NCBI GenBank assembly: GCA_937975685.1
Contig: CALJUG010000004.1
Coordinates: 31,494 to 95,493 of the forward strand
Direction: 5' to 3'
Length of the DNA: 64,000 nucleotides
DNA from: an uncultured bacterium
GTDB lineage: Bacteria; Planctomycetota; Planctomycetia; Pirellulales; PALSA-1355
The translations under genes and the position numbers were made by a program. Of this stretch, positions 18,668-27,669 are shown one piece after another. How positions within the stretch are numbered: position 1 is the stretch's first letter; every line of letters starts with the position of its first letter. The notes under the pieces were generated by a model. The model worked only from the letters and a program-made list of their open reading frames with translations, was not told where the DNA came from and searched no databases.

Positions 18668-18709
18668 GGCGCTCGCCGTTTCCCCCCCCTCGGCGAGCGC
18701 CGTTTTTTT
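18668..18709 (+). terminator. Rho-independent terminator after the secretin gene
   Basis: An 11-bp perfect stem GGCGCTCGCCG (18668-18678) / CGGCGAGCGCC (18691-18701), followed by GTTTTTTTG. Confidence 0.8.
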
Positions 18710-18811
18710 GCGCGCCGGCGGCAGGGGCACGAGCCGCCCCTGCTGACAGCGCCCGCCACGCCGCGTAGAATGCAGCGGTAACGCCAGCCTGCATCGGGGA
18801 GTCGCCAAGGT

Positions 18812-19201
18812 ATGAGCGGTAGCGTGTGGATTGCGATCGGGGCCGTGTTGGCCGGGCTGGGTGTGGCGGCCGGGGCCATCGGTGCCCACGTGCTCAAAGA
18901 AACGTTGAAAGTCGAGCCCTCGGTGCTCGAAACGTACGAAACGGCCGTCCGCTACCAGATCTATCACGCCCTGGCGCTGATCGTCGTGGGCTTGCTCGCT
19001 GCGCGCGGTTCGAGCGGGCTGCTGAACGCCACGGGCATCCTCTTCGCCCTGGGCATCGTGCTCTTCTCGGGAGGCATCTACGCCTGGCTGGCCACGGGCG
19101 TGCGGCCGTTCATCATGGTCGTGCCCGTCGGCGGATCGGCCTGGATTCTCGCCTGGCTGATGTTGGCCGTCGCCGCGCTGACCACGCGGGCGCCCGCATA
19201 G
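18812..19201 (+). CDS. DUF423-family small membrane protein
   Basis: Four TM helices. Contains 'LAGLGVAAGAIGAHVLK' and 'YQIYHALALIVVG', typical of DUF423/YgdD-like proteins. Confidence 0.8.
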   Translation: MSGSVWIAIGAVLAGLGVAAGAIGAHVLKETLKVEPSVLETYETAVRYQIYHALALIVVGLLAARGSSGLLNATGILFALGIVLFSGGIYAWLATGVRPFIMVVPVGGSAWILAWLMLAVAALTTRAPA

Positions 19202-19245
19202 AGAGGGGCGACCCGCGCCGCCTGACATCCCGCGGGTGCGAGATG

Positions 19246-19812
19246 TCAGACGGCCACGAAGTCTTCCAACTCCTTGGCGAGTCGCTTCCGGGCGACGTGC
19301 AGCCGCCGCTTGATGGTACCGACCGGCGAACGGAAGCCCTGGCTCATTTCGAGCAGGCTCTGACCTTCGACGTAGAAGGCCACGAGCGTTTCGCGGTCGA
19401 GCGCGCCCAGCCGACCCAGGCCGGCGCGCACTTGCAGTTGCCGCTCGCGGGTCACGGCACGCGAGAACGGGGTCTCGTTCTCGATGCAGGTCGCCGCGAT
19501 CGTTTCCGGCTCGACGGCAATGGCGGTCCGCTTGCGCACGGCGCGGTTGATGGCCATGCGGTTGGTGACCGACTGCAGCCACGAGCCGAAGGCGGCCGGC
19601 TCGATGAGCTGGCCGATCTTCTGCATGGCGCGGACCAGGACCTCCTGGCACACTTCCTGCGCTTCGGCGTGGTTGCCCAGCCGGCGCAGGGCCGTGGCGT
19701 ACACGGCCCGCTCGTAGCGCCGGGCCAGTTCGCCGAAGGCATCCCGGTCGCCCCGCTGCGCGTCCCGCACGAGGCTTTCCTCACTCGCTTCATTCAGGCT
19801 CAGCGTTTCCAT
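19246..19812 (-). CDS. ECF-type RNA polymerase sigma factor
   Basis: Region 2 'RDAFGELARRYERAVYATALRRLGNHAEAQEVCQEVLVRA'. Region 4 'ETLVAFYVEGQSLLEMSQGFRSPVGTIKRRLHVARKRL'. ATG 19812 has GGAGAG upstream. No anti-sigma gene fits downstream: only 44 nt separate it from the convergent DUF423 gene. Confidence 0.9.
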   Translation of the reverse strand: METLSLNEASEESLVRDAQRGDRDAFGELARRYERAVYATALRRLGNHAEAQEVCQEVLVRAMQKIGQLIEPAAFGSWLQSVTNRMAINRAVRKRTAIAVEPETIAATCIENETPFSRAVTRERQLQVRAGLGRLGALDRETLVAFYVEGQSLLEMSQGFRSPVGTIKRRLHVARKRLAKELEDFVAV

Positions 19813-20629
19813 CACTCTCTCCAGAAAAAATGCTCACGAAACTTCGGCACAAGTTGCCCTGGGAAGGCCGGAGGCTCGGAAACGACGTGCGGACGCGAAA
19901 ACGCGATCGGTCCGCGGTTCCCGGGCCGGGTTGACGGCTAGTCGTTGGTGATAAGTGCGAGCGGTTCGCGACTTATGACTGGACGACCAATGGCGAGGTA
20001 ACTCGCAACCGTCGCGGCCTCAGAACTACCGGGCACATGGCCTCGGTAATTCGAGCCACCCCAGCGGTGACCACGGTCATGGGCCAAGAGCGCTTAAGCT
20101 CCAGGCCCCAACCGCGGGCACGTTTGCTGGCGTGCCGCGATTCGAGATGCTGCGCAGCATAAGCGCACGAATCACCGCCGGCCGTCACGACGACGTCTTG
20201 GCCAAAACCAAAGACGGTGCGATTCGTAACTGCGGTGTTGATGTTCGTACGCATCGGGATGCTCCCTGCGCTGCGCGCGGTGAGAGATTAAGGAAACCGA
20301 TTGGCTTAAAGCCAGGAAAGGCGGCGAGCTATGAACACGCCACCCCCCATAAGGCTCGCACGGTTTGGCCGCCCCGTCAAGCCAAGGGTGTCTCCACCCC
20401 CGACCGGGTCGGCCGTCGCTGGGTTAGACACCGTATCGGCCCGAAGGTTCACCGTGGGTTCAGAAAGTTTTTGCCGGCCCGACAGATTCGCGTCCACCGG
20501 CCGAAAACGAGCCATTCCACGCCGGGACGCTCCGGCGGCCCCGGCTGCTTGACGCCCCGCTCTCCAAGCCCTAACGTCTAGACCTGGAAACCTTTACAAA
20601 CGCTCACTTCACGGAAAGGCCCTCACCAC

Positions 20630-21409
20630 ATGGCCGGTTTCTTCAAGGAGCTGCTGGCGGGCGGCAAGGTGATTCGCGTGTTCTGCAGCGGGCGGCTGCT
20701 GCACCCGGTGTCGATCCAAATGTTCGGCCTGGCCGGCGGCTACGACGGCTTCTGGCTCGATGCCGAGCATGCGGGCATCTCGACCGAGCAGATCACCAGT
20801 GCGGCCCTGGTGGGGCGTGCCTGCGGTCTGGGAAGCTTCCTGCGGCTGCCGATGACCAGCTATGCCACGGTGACCCAGGCCCTGGAGTCGGGGGTCGATG
20901 GCGTGATGGCCGCCCAGGTCACTAGCGCCGCCGAAGCCGAAATGTTCGTCACCTGGGCCAAGTTCGCCCCCCGCGGCATGCGCGGGCTGAACACCCAGGG
21001 GGCCGACGCCCACTTCACCCGCAAATCGCAGATGGAGCTGGCACACGACGCCAACCGCGACAACTTCGTGGCCATTCAGATCGAGACGCTGGGGGCGCTG
21101 GACGACGTCGACGCGATCGCGGCCACCGAGGACGTCGACCTGTTGTTCGTCGGCCCGGCCGACCTCTCGCAGTCGCTGGGCGTGTTGGGTCAGCCCGAGC
21201 ACGAAAAAGTGTGGGAGGCCATCGATCGCGTGGCTGCTGCCTGCAAGCGGCACGGCAAGGGCTGGGGCATCGTGCCGGCCAGCCCCTCGTACGCCGACCG
21301 CTGCATCGAGAAAGGCTGCCGCATGCTCACCTTTGGCAGCGACGTGATGGCCATGCGCCTGGGCGTCGAAGCCCTGAAGACCATGTTCGCCAGCGGATTC
21401 GAAGCGTAG
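20630..21409 (+). CDS. HpcH/HpaI-family aldolase (2-keto-3-deoxy-acid aldolase type)
   Basis: 'GYDGFWLDAEHAGIS', 'RLPMTSYATVTQALESGVDGVMAAQVTSAAEAE', 'FVAIQIETLGALDDVDAIAATEDVDLLFVGPADLSQSLG'. Confidence 0.85.
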   Translation: MAGFFKELLAGGKVIRVFCSGRLLHPVSIQMFGLAGGYDGFWLDAEHAGISTEQITSAALVGRACGLGSFLRLPMTSYATVTQALESGVDGVMAAQVTSAAEAEMFVTWAKFAPRGMRGLNTQGADAHFTRKSQMELAHDANRDNFVAIQIETLGALDDVDAIAATEDVDLLFVGPADLSQSLGVLGQPEHEKVWEAIDRVAAACKRHGKGWGIVPASPSYADRCIEKGCRMLTFGSDVMAMRLGVEALKTMFASGFEA

Positions 21410-21439
21410 TGCTTCGCGCGCCGCCGCGCTTGATTTCTT

Positions 21440-21538
21440 CACACTAGCCGAAGCGCGAGCGAGGGTCGTTGGTTTGCTTGGCGGACAACGCCTCTCTCGC
21501 ACGACGAGTCACCCTCGCTCGCGCTTCGGGCTAGTGTG
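21440..21538. repeat. REP-like palindromic element, family 2, copy 1
   Basis: The arms CACACTAGCCGAAGCGCGAGCGAGGGT (21440-21466) and ACCCTCGCTCGCGCTTCGGGCTAGTGTG (21511-21538) are reverse complements apart from one indel, with a 44-nt spacer. It lies between convergent genes. The core recurs at 60206-60281. Confidence 0.8.
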
Positions 21539-21584
21539 CGGAAGGGGAACCCTTCACTCGCGCCGCGGTAAGCTCGCGCGAGCG

Positions 21585-23228
21585 TCAGGTGATTTGGCGC
21601 GCTTCGAGCGAGAGGTTCTTTACCTGTTTGCGGGCGATGTCGCGAATGTCGTCGCGGGCGCGGAAGAAGGCCTCGACCACCTCGGCGTCCCATTGCTGAC
21701 CCGCCCCGCCGCGGAGGATCGCGTCGAGCTTCTCTTCGGGCATGCCTTCGCGATACGGGCGATCGCTGCCCATCGCGTCGAACGAATCGGCTACGGCCAC
21801 GATCCGCGCCAACAGCGGAATCTCGTCGCCGACCAGGCCGTGCGGGTACCCGCGGCCGTCCCACTGTTCGTGGTGATGCAGCACGACCGGCAGCACGTCG
21901 TCGAGCTGCTTGATGTCGCTGAGAATGCGGTGTCCGATTTCGGTGTGCGTCTTGATGTGCTCGAACTCGGCCGTCGTCAGCCTTCCCGGCTTGCGGAGCA
22001 CGTCGTCGTCGATGCCGATCTTGCCCACGTCGTGCAGCAGCCCGGAAATGTAAACCGTTTCGATCTGGTTGCGGTCGCAATGCATTTCCTCGGCCAGCCG
22101 CACCGCCACGCGGGCCACGCGATCGCTGTGGCCGCAGGTGTAGGGATCCTTGGCGTCGATGGCCGATGTGAGCGCGCGGACCACGCCCTTGAACAGCTCG
22201 TGCTGCTGCTCGTAGAGCTCGGCGTTGCCGCTGTGGATGCCGAGAATGGCCGCCACGGAGCTGAGCAGGCTGGCTTCGACCGTGCCGAACTCACCGCCGG
22301 AGGAATGGTTCACCGCCACGAGCCATCCGAACGAGCGCGAGCCTTCGCTCAAGGGCACGACGACCAGCTCGTGCACCTGCGGCCAACGCCAATCTTCCTG
22401 GCTGGTGGTGGGCCGGTTGACGATGATCGGCCGCTTGCCGGGCGAGGGGGCGAGCTGGGCCACGATTTCGCGCAGCTCTTCGTTGCGAATCAAGCTGGGC
22501 CCGAACGTCAGCAGCGTCGGCTGGCTGCCTTCGCGAGCGCCCTCCAACTGCACGGCCATCGATTCGACCGGCAGCGCCTCGGCCAGCCACTCGAGCGCCA
22601 ACGCGGCCAGCTCGTCGCCGCGGCTGGTGAGCTTCAGGTTCTGGGTCAGCCGGTAGATCAGGCTAATTTCTTCGTACGTCGTCGACAGGTTGAGCGTCAG
22701 CTCGCGCACTTCGCGGTCGAGCGTTCCCAGCCGCCACTCGGCGGCCATCCGCTCGGTGGCCAATTGCCCCATCCGCGCCAACACGTCAGGGGCCCACGGC
22801 GTTTGCGCGGCGATCCAGCTTTCGGCCTCTTCGGGCGCCACGCCCAACAGCTCGGCGGCCTGGGCCAGTTGAGCGATCGTGGCACTGTTGCTGGTAGCGA
22901 ACGTGCCCACGGCCACGACGCACTGTTGGTGCTCGCCGTGCACGGGCAACGCCATCACCACCAGCGGCGGCGACTCTTCGATCAGTTCGGCCTTGCCGCG
23001 CGAGGCCACGGCGCGGCACAGCTCGCCGCGCACGAGCCAATCGCGCGCGTCCTGATCGGGCGCGCGATGCACGAGTTCGCCGGTCATGCCGTCGACCAGG
23101 TGAAACTCGATCGCGAACCACTCGCGGAGTTTGTCCAGCAAGTTCGACCGCCAGGCGCGGACTTGCGGCGAAGGACACGGCTCGGGAGGCGCAGCAGGGT
23201 GCGTGGCGACGCTTGGTTTGGGCGACAT
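21585..23228 (-). CDS. HD-GYP domain protein with GAF-like sensor region (putative c-di-GMP phosphodiesterase)
   Basis: 'CGHSDRVARVAVRLAEE', 'LLHDVGKIGIDDDVLRKPGRLTTAEFEHIKTHTEIG', 'HHHEQWDGRGYPHGL', 'ARIVAVADSFDAM'. The start is uncertain: ATG 23228 or TTG 23288. Confidence 0.85.
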   Translation of the reverse strand: MSPKPSVATHPAAPPEPCPSPQVRAWRSNLLDKLREWFAIEFHLVDGMTGELVHRAPDQDARDWLVRGELCRAVASRGKAELIEESPPLVVMALPVHGEHQQCVVAVGTFATSNSATIAQLAQAAELLGVAPEEAESWIAAQTPWAPDVLARMGQLATERMAAEWRLGTLDREVRELTLNLSTTYEEISLIYRLTQNLKLTSRGDELAALALEWLAEALPVESMAVQLEGAREGSQPTLLTFGPSLIRNEELREIVAQLAPSPGKRPIIVNRPTTSQEDWRWPQVHELVVVPLSEGSRSFGWLVAVNHSSGGEFGTVEASLLSSVAAILGIHSGNAELYEQQHELFKGVVRALTSAIDAKDPYTCGHSDRVARVAVRLAEEMHCDRNQIETVYISGLLHDVGKIGIDDDVLRKPGRLTTAEFEHIKTHTEIGHRILSDIKQLDDVLPVVLHHHEQWDGRGYPHGLVGDEIPLLARIVAVADSFDAMGSDRPYREGMPEEKLDAILRGGAGQQWDAEVVEAFFRARDDIRDIARKQVKNLSLEARQIT

Positions 23229-23461
23229 GGGACTTCGGCGGGATGGGCCTCGGTTGGGTGCCAGGAGGCCAAGTTGCCTCCACCACAACCCTACGCCACG
23301 AGCGCGGTCCGATTAGTGGCCTGGAAGCAGTTGCAGCGGGCCCACGACGGCCCGGACGCAGCAGGCACGGGTTGCAACGATCGTGACCCACCGAGCGGGG
23401 GCAAGGTGCGCTTCGGGCCCACAGATGCGTGAATCGGGGCCGAGAAACAGCCAGGCGGCGT

Positions 23462-24493
23462 CTAGCTCCCCTGGCGGTCGCGGTAGCGGGCGCTGACGCG
23501 CTGGAGCACGGCCCGCTCTTTGGCCGAGAGGCCCTCCATGCCCTTTTCGTGCAGGCGCACGAGAATGGCGTCGACCTGGCGCTCTTCTTCGCGCTCCATC
23601 GAGCGGCGCTTGCGACGGCGCTGCTCGCGCCGTTGCTCGATCCAACGTCGCACGGCGCCGACCGGCCGACGCTGCGGCTCCATCGTCCGCTCGAGGCTCG
23701 TATAACCCTGCGAGAAGTCGTAGCTGAAGAGATCCTCTTCCCAGTCGCTTTCTTCCTGCTTGGTCGCCTCGGCCCGGGCACTGGCCCAGATAAACACGGC
23801 GAACAGCGCCAGCGGCACCCAGGTCGGCAGCACGTCGGCGCTTTTGATGTCACTGACCAGCCAGGCCAGGATGCAGACGCCCACGGCGGTGAGCTTGGTC
23901 GTGCGCACCGCCACGAGGCTGGCGCTGCGGTAGTCGAGCGCCGGCACCAACAGTGCGCGCAGCACGCGAGCGCCGTCCAGCGGGAAGGCCGGCAGCAGGT
24001 TGACGATGAACAGCACCCAGTTGATCCAGAAGGCGAGCTTGAGCGTCACCGCCCACCAGGCGCCGGTGATCAGCCCCACCGGCTGCAAGGGACTGATCAG
24101 TTCCCAGACGTTCGCCCCGGTGGCAAACAACAGCGGAAGCGTGATCAGCACGATCGCCAGGTTCACGATCGGGCCGGCAAGCGCGGTGAGCAATTCGGCC
24201 TGCGGCTCGCGGGGTAGCTCGGGATGCGCGAGACCTCCCAAGGGGCCGAGCACGACCGAATCGACACTGCCGCCGACGCGCAACGCGATCAGCGCGTGAC
24301 CCGCTTCGTGGGCCGCGACGCTGGCCAGCAACACGGCCACCGCCAGCACGCCGTAGCCGATGGCTTCCTCGCCGGGATGGCTCGTGCTGAGAAACAACAC
24401 GAACACGGCCACGGCCACGAACAAGGCGTGAAAGCCGAGGTGCATGCGGCGCAGTCGGGCCAAAAACAGGCTGAAGGGGGGCACATCACTCAT
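23462..24493 (-). CDS. Site-2 protease family (peptidase M50) membrane metalloprotease
   Basis: HExxH 'AAHEAGHALIAL' in a TM helix. Second motif 'FIVNLLPAFPLDGARVL'. A highly charged C-terminal tail of about 110 aa (EESDWEEDL...RREQRRRKRRSMEREEERQ). Confidence 0.85.
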   Translation of the reverse strand: MSDVPPFSLFLARLRRMHLGFHALFVAVAVFVLFLSTSHPGEEAIGYGVLAVAVLLASVAAHEAGHALIALRVGGSVDSVVLGPLGGLAHPELPREPQAELLTALAGPIVNLAIVLITLPLLFATGANVWELISPLQPVGLITGAWWAVTLKLAFWINWVLFIVNLLPAFPLDGARVLRALLVPALDYRSASLVAVRTTKLTAVGVCILAWLVSDIKSADVLPTWVPLALFAVFIWASARAEATKQEESDWEEDLFSYDFSQGYTSLERTMEPQRRPVGAVRRWIEQRREQRRRKRRSMEREEERQVDAILVRLHEKGMEGLSAKERAVLQRVSARYRDRQGS

Positions 24494-24618
24494 AGAAAAA
24501 TCGCACCCGGCCGGACCAATGCGCCTGCGGCCGTTTGGACCAAAACGGCCTCCGTCGCTATCTTAGCAGCCGCCGAAAGACGAATCAACGACGCCGCATT
24601 GGCGCAGAAAGCACCCCC

Positions 24619-25140
24619 ATGACCGACGAACCCGAACTGCTGCTGACGGCGCGCCGGTTTCGCGTCGTCCGCCACCGCGAGATCGGCAACGACGGACGCG
24701 AGCACGTCAAAGAGACCGTCCAACACCCCGGCGCCGTTACGATCCTCCCGATCCTCGACGACGGCCGGGTTTGCCTGATCCGCAACTGGCGCGTCGCGGT
24801 CGGCAAGACGCTGGTCGAGCTACCGGCCGGCACGCTCGAACCCGATGAAGACCCCGCCGCCAACGCCGCCCGGGAGCTGATCGAGGAGACCGGCTTTCGC
24901 GCTGCCAGCATCGAGCCGCTGCGCGAGTTCACGATGTCGCCGGGGATTCTGAACGAACGCATGCATTTGTATCTGGCCACGGGGCTGACGCCGGGGGAAA
25001 CGGCACTGGAGGCCGGGGAGCGGATCGAGCCGCTGGTGGTTTCCTGGGAGGAAGCGATGGGCATGGTGGATGACGGCACGATCGAGGATGCCAAGACGCT
25101 GGTGGGATTGATGTATTACGATCGGGTGCGCGGGAAGTGA
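24619..25140 (+). CDS. NUDIX hydrolase (ADP-ribose pyrophosphatase-like)
   Basis: Nudix box 'GTLEPDEDPAANAARELIEETGF'. ATG 24619 ('MTDEPELLL') is preferred over the longer ORF from 24535. Confidence 0.85.
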   Translation: MTDEPELLLTARRFRVVRHREIGNDGREHVKETVQHPGAVTILPILDDGRVCLIRNWRVAVGKTLVELPAGTLEPDEDPAANAARELIEETGFRAASIEPLREFTMSPGILNERMHLYLATGLTPGETALEAGERIEPLVVSWEEAMGMVDDGTIEDAKTLVGLMYYDRVRGK

Positions 25141-25185
25141 CGAGTGGCGGCGCGGGAGATGTTAGGCGCGGAACACGTTTGGGGG

Positions 25186-25221
25186 GACGCGCCGTCGCCG
25201 GTGGCTCCGGCTAACGGAGGG
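25186..25221 (+). repeat. Short intergenic repeat, family 1
   Basis: GACGCGCCGTCGCCGGTGGCTCCGGCTAACGGAGGG. The first 25 nt are identical to the copy at 34181. It lies between convergent genes. Confidence 0.7.
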
Positions 25222-25227
25222 ACGACG

Positions 25228-27558
25228 CTAGCGGCGGGCGGAGGTGAGTGGGTGGGGATCGGCGCCGGGGGGATCGGGCGAGCGGAGCGGTACCTGCCAG
25301 CGGGTGACGCGCGATTCGGTCGGGGGACCATCGGCCGGTCCGGCGAACGTTAACGCTCCGCGCACCAGGCCGGCGACTTCCAACTCGGCTTCGTCCAGCA
25401 CCCAGGCACTCGAGCCGGGGGCGCGCCACACGACCACCGACGTCTCGGGCGGCATGATCGTGCCCTGCCCTCCCCAGGCGAACGCCGCGGCAAGCGTCTC
25501 GGGCCGCTCGGCTCCGCGCAGGACGACCAGCCCGCCCTCGACGCTGCCGGCTAGCGCGCTGTCGTGGGCCGTGATCGTGATCCGGCCCGGCTTATCGCGC
25601 ATGCGGCCGTAGCGGCATTCGAGCACAGGGCTTTCGCCGCGCGTCGTGACCCGAGTGAGCACCAACGACACCGGTGCGTCGTCCGCCGGACAATCGTGCA
25701 GCCGCACCACCGGTCCGGCATCGCGGCATAGCGCGTTTTCGAGCCGCACGTTGCAACCACTCGCGCCGCGGCAGTCGACCACCGAAGCGACCGCGTCAAA
25801 CACGCAATCGAAAAACGCCAGTTCGCCGGGCAGGCCGGCTGCCCCCTTGTTCGCGCCGGCCCACAACAACGCGTGCGGCGGCTGGGCGCTCTCGCTCGAA
25901 AACGAGCAGCCGCGGAACGCGACCGTTTGGGCTTCGACCACCAGCATCGCCGCCTGCGGCAGCGGACGGGTGCTGGTGCTCGGCGGTGCTTCCCAAATGA
26001 AGTCGATGCCTTCGAACGTGACCCCTTCGCGGTCGATCACCAGCCCGCGGCGCGGCACGCTGACCAGCGGGCGCCGTCCGGCGCGGCCACGCACGCGCAC
26101 GTGGGGCCGCAGATCGAGCTGCTCGACGTGCAGCACCCGGCCGGCCGGCAGCACGATGTCGCGCGATGCCGAAGTTGTGGGCGCGACGGCCGCTGCCGGC
26201 TGCACTTCGGGATCGGCGACCGGGGCACTTGGCGTCGGCAAAGGCCCGGTCGGCAAGAGTGTTTCCGGTATGTCCGGCAGCTTCTCCGCCGCTGGAGGTT
26301 CCAGTTCGGACGGCTTGTCGGGCGGAGCGCTACTCGTCGGAGCGGCGGCCACTTCGGTGCTCGACCAACGGCCGACGATCCAGGGAGCCAGCGCGATGCC
26401 GACCAGGATGACGGCCGTGGCGGCCGCCACGGCGACGCGCGCAGCAAGGCCCGCCGGTTTGCGCGAGGCTCCACCGCGCGGCACGAGTTGCCAACTCGAT
26501 TGCGGACGCCGCACCAGTTGTGCCAGCAGCGCCGCCCCGCCGCGCGTCGTCGGGCCCAGCATTGCACCCACTTCGGCGAACGACTGCGGGCGCGAAGCGG
26601 GATCGCGAGCCAGGCAGGCTTCGATCGCCGCGGCCAGCGCGTCGGGCACTTCGGGGGCCAGCAAGCGCACGTCGAGCGGTCGGGCCGCGTGCACGGCCTT
26701 CAGCTTGGACAGGCTGTTGCCGCCGGGAAACGGCGCGCGGCCCGTCAACAGGTGCGTCCACAGGCAGCCGCAGGCATAGAGATCGCTGGCGGTCGTGGGC
26801 GGGGAACCCGCGGCGATGCGTTCCGGCGCCAGGTAGTCGTACGCCTCGACGTGCAGCTCGCCGAAGCTGTAGCCCTCGTGCGGACGCACCGCGCCCCGCA
26901 GTCCGGCAGCACCCAAGGTCACGTGGCCGGAGGCTTGCAGAAACAGTTCGCCTGCGCCCAGGTCACCGTGTACGAGGCCATTCGCCTCGAGGACGGACAA
27001 CATGGCCGTCATCTCGCGTGCCGCGTGCAGCACGGCTCGCGGGGGCAAGCGTCCGTTTTCAACCATCCAGTCGGCGGCGCGCGTGCCCTCGATCGGTGCG
27101 GTGGCGGCCCAGATGAGCTTGCCGCGCACGCCGCAGTCCTCGACCAGCGCGAGTCCGGTGCCTGCCAGCGGCGCGGATTGAGCCACCAGCCCAGCCAGCG
27201 CCTCGGCCGGCGCATCAGCAGCGGTCTGGTTTGCGCGCACCACGTAGAGCCGCACCTGCCGGCCGGTCTGAGCGTGCCGGGCGGCGTAGCAGTCGGCGTA
27301 GTAGGCTCCGGCCAGCGGGCGAACGACCACATACGGGCCGACCAGCAAGGCCTCGCCGCGGCCGGCGTTGATTTCCGCCGCCTGATAAGGCGAGAGCACG
27401 CGCATCTGCGCCAGTGCGTCGACCCACACCGATTCGAAGTCGGGCAGATCGCCGGCCAACCGCGCGGCACGCGGAGCCGCCGAGGCGAGTTGCTCGGGCG
27501 TGGCCAGCTTGAGCCGCACGAAAAGTGCCGTCAGGTTGGGCGGAGGCTCAAACCGCAT
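25228..27558 (-). CDS. Transmembrane Ser/Thr-kinase-like protein, predicted pseudokinase, with a large extracytoplasmic domain
   Basis: The kinase C-lobe is retained ('DYLAPERI', 'DLYACGCLWTHLLTGRAPF', 'DPASRPQSFAEV'). The catalytic signatures are degenerate (see findings). TM helix 'VAVAAATAVILVGIALAPWIV', a Pro-rich linker, then a C-terminal domain of about 300 aa. Confidence 0.75.
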   Translation of the reverse strand: MRFEPPPNLTALFVRLKLATPEQLASAAPRAARLAGDLPDFESVWVDALAQMRVLSPYQAAEINAGRGEALLVGPYVVVRPLAGAYYADCYAARHAQTGRQVRLYVVRANQTAADAPAEALAGLVAQSAPLAGTGLALVEDCGVRGKLIWAATAPIEGTRAADWMVENGRLPPRAVLHAAREMTAMLSVLEANGLVHGDLGAGELFLQASGHVTLGAAGLRGAVRPHEGYSFGELHVEAYDYLAPERIAAGSPPTTASDLYACGCLWTHLLTGRAPFPGGNSLSKLKAVHAARPLDVRLLAPEVPDALAAAIEACLARDPASRPQSFAEVGAMLGPTTRGGAALLAQLVRRPQSSWQLVPRGGASRKPAGLAARVAVAAATAVILVGIALAPWIVGRWSSTEVAAAPTSSAPPDKPSELEPPAAEKLPDIPETLLPTGPLPTPSAPVADPEVQPAAAVAPTTSASRDIVLPAGRVLHVEQLDLRPHVRVRGRAGRRPLVSVPRRGLVIDREGVTFEGIDFIWEAPPSTSTRPLPQAAMLVVEAQTVAFRGCSFSSESAQPPHALLWAGANKGAAGLPGELAFFDCVFDAVASVVDCRGASGCNVRLENALCRDAGPVVRLHDCPADDAPVSLVLTRVTTRGESPVLECRYGRMRDKPGRITITAHDSALAGSVEGGLVVLRGAERPETLAAAFAWGGQGTIMPPETSVVVWRAPGSSAWVLDEAELEVAGLVRGALTFAGPADGPPTESRVTRWQVPLRSPDPPGADPHPLTSARR

Positions 27559-27669
27559 GCGTTACCGCGCGAGTGCAACACGTTGCCGATAGGCGCGAAG
27601 AAAGCGGCGCGCCCCCGAGTGCCGTTTAGCTATCAGAACGCGCGCGGGCCGGCAAGAGCAGCGAGGTTG

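Noticed and set aside
20132-20581. A 149-aa plus-strand ORF in the same gap.
   Set aside because: It is a highly basic, Arg/Pro/Gly-rich translation with no start context, no motif and poor GC3 periodicity. It looks like a chance ORF.
19816-20629. RNase P RNA, tmRNA or SRP RNA in the large non-coding gap.
   Set aside because: I could not find the universally conserved strings on either strand. These are GGAAAGUCCGG and ACAGAACCCGGCUUA for RNase P, a tRNA-like GGUUCGAAUCC end for tmRNA, and GGUCCGGAAGGAAGCAGCC for SRP RNA. A model search is still worthwhile.
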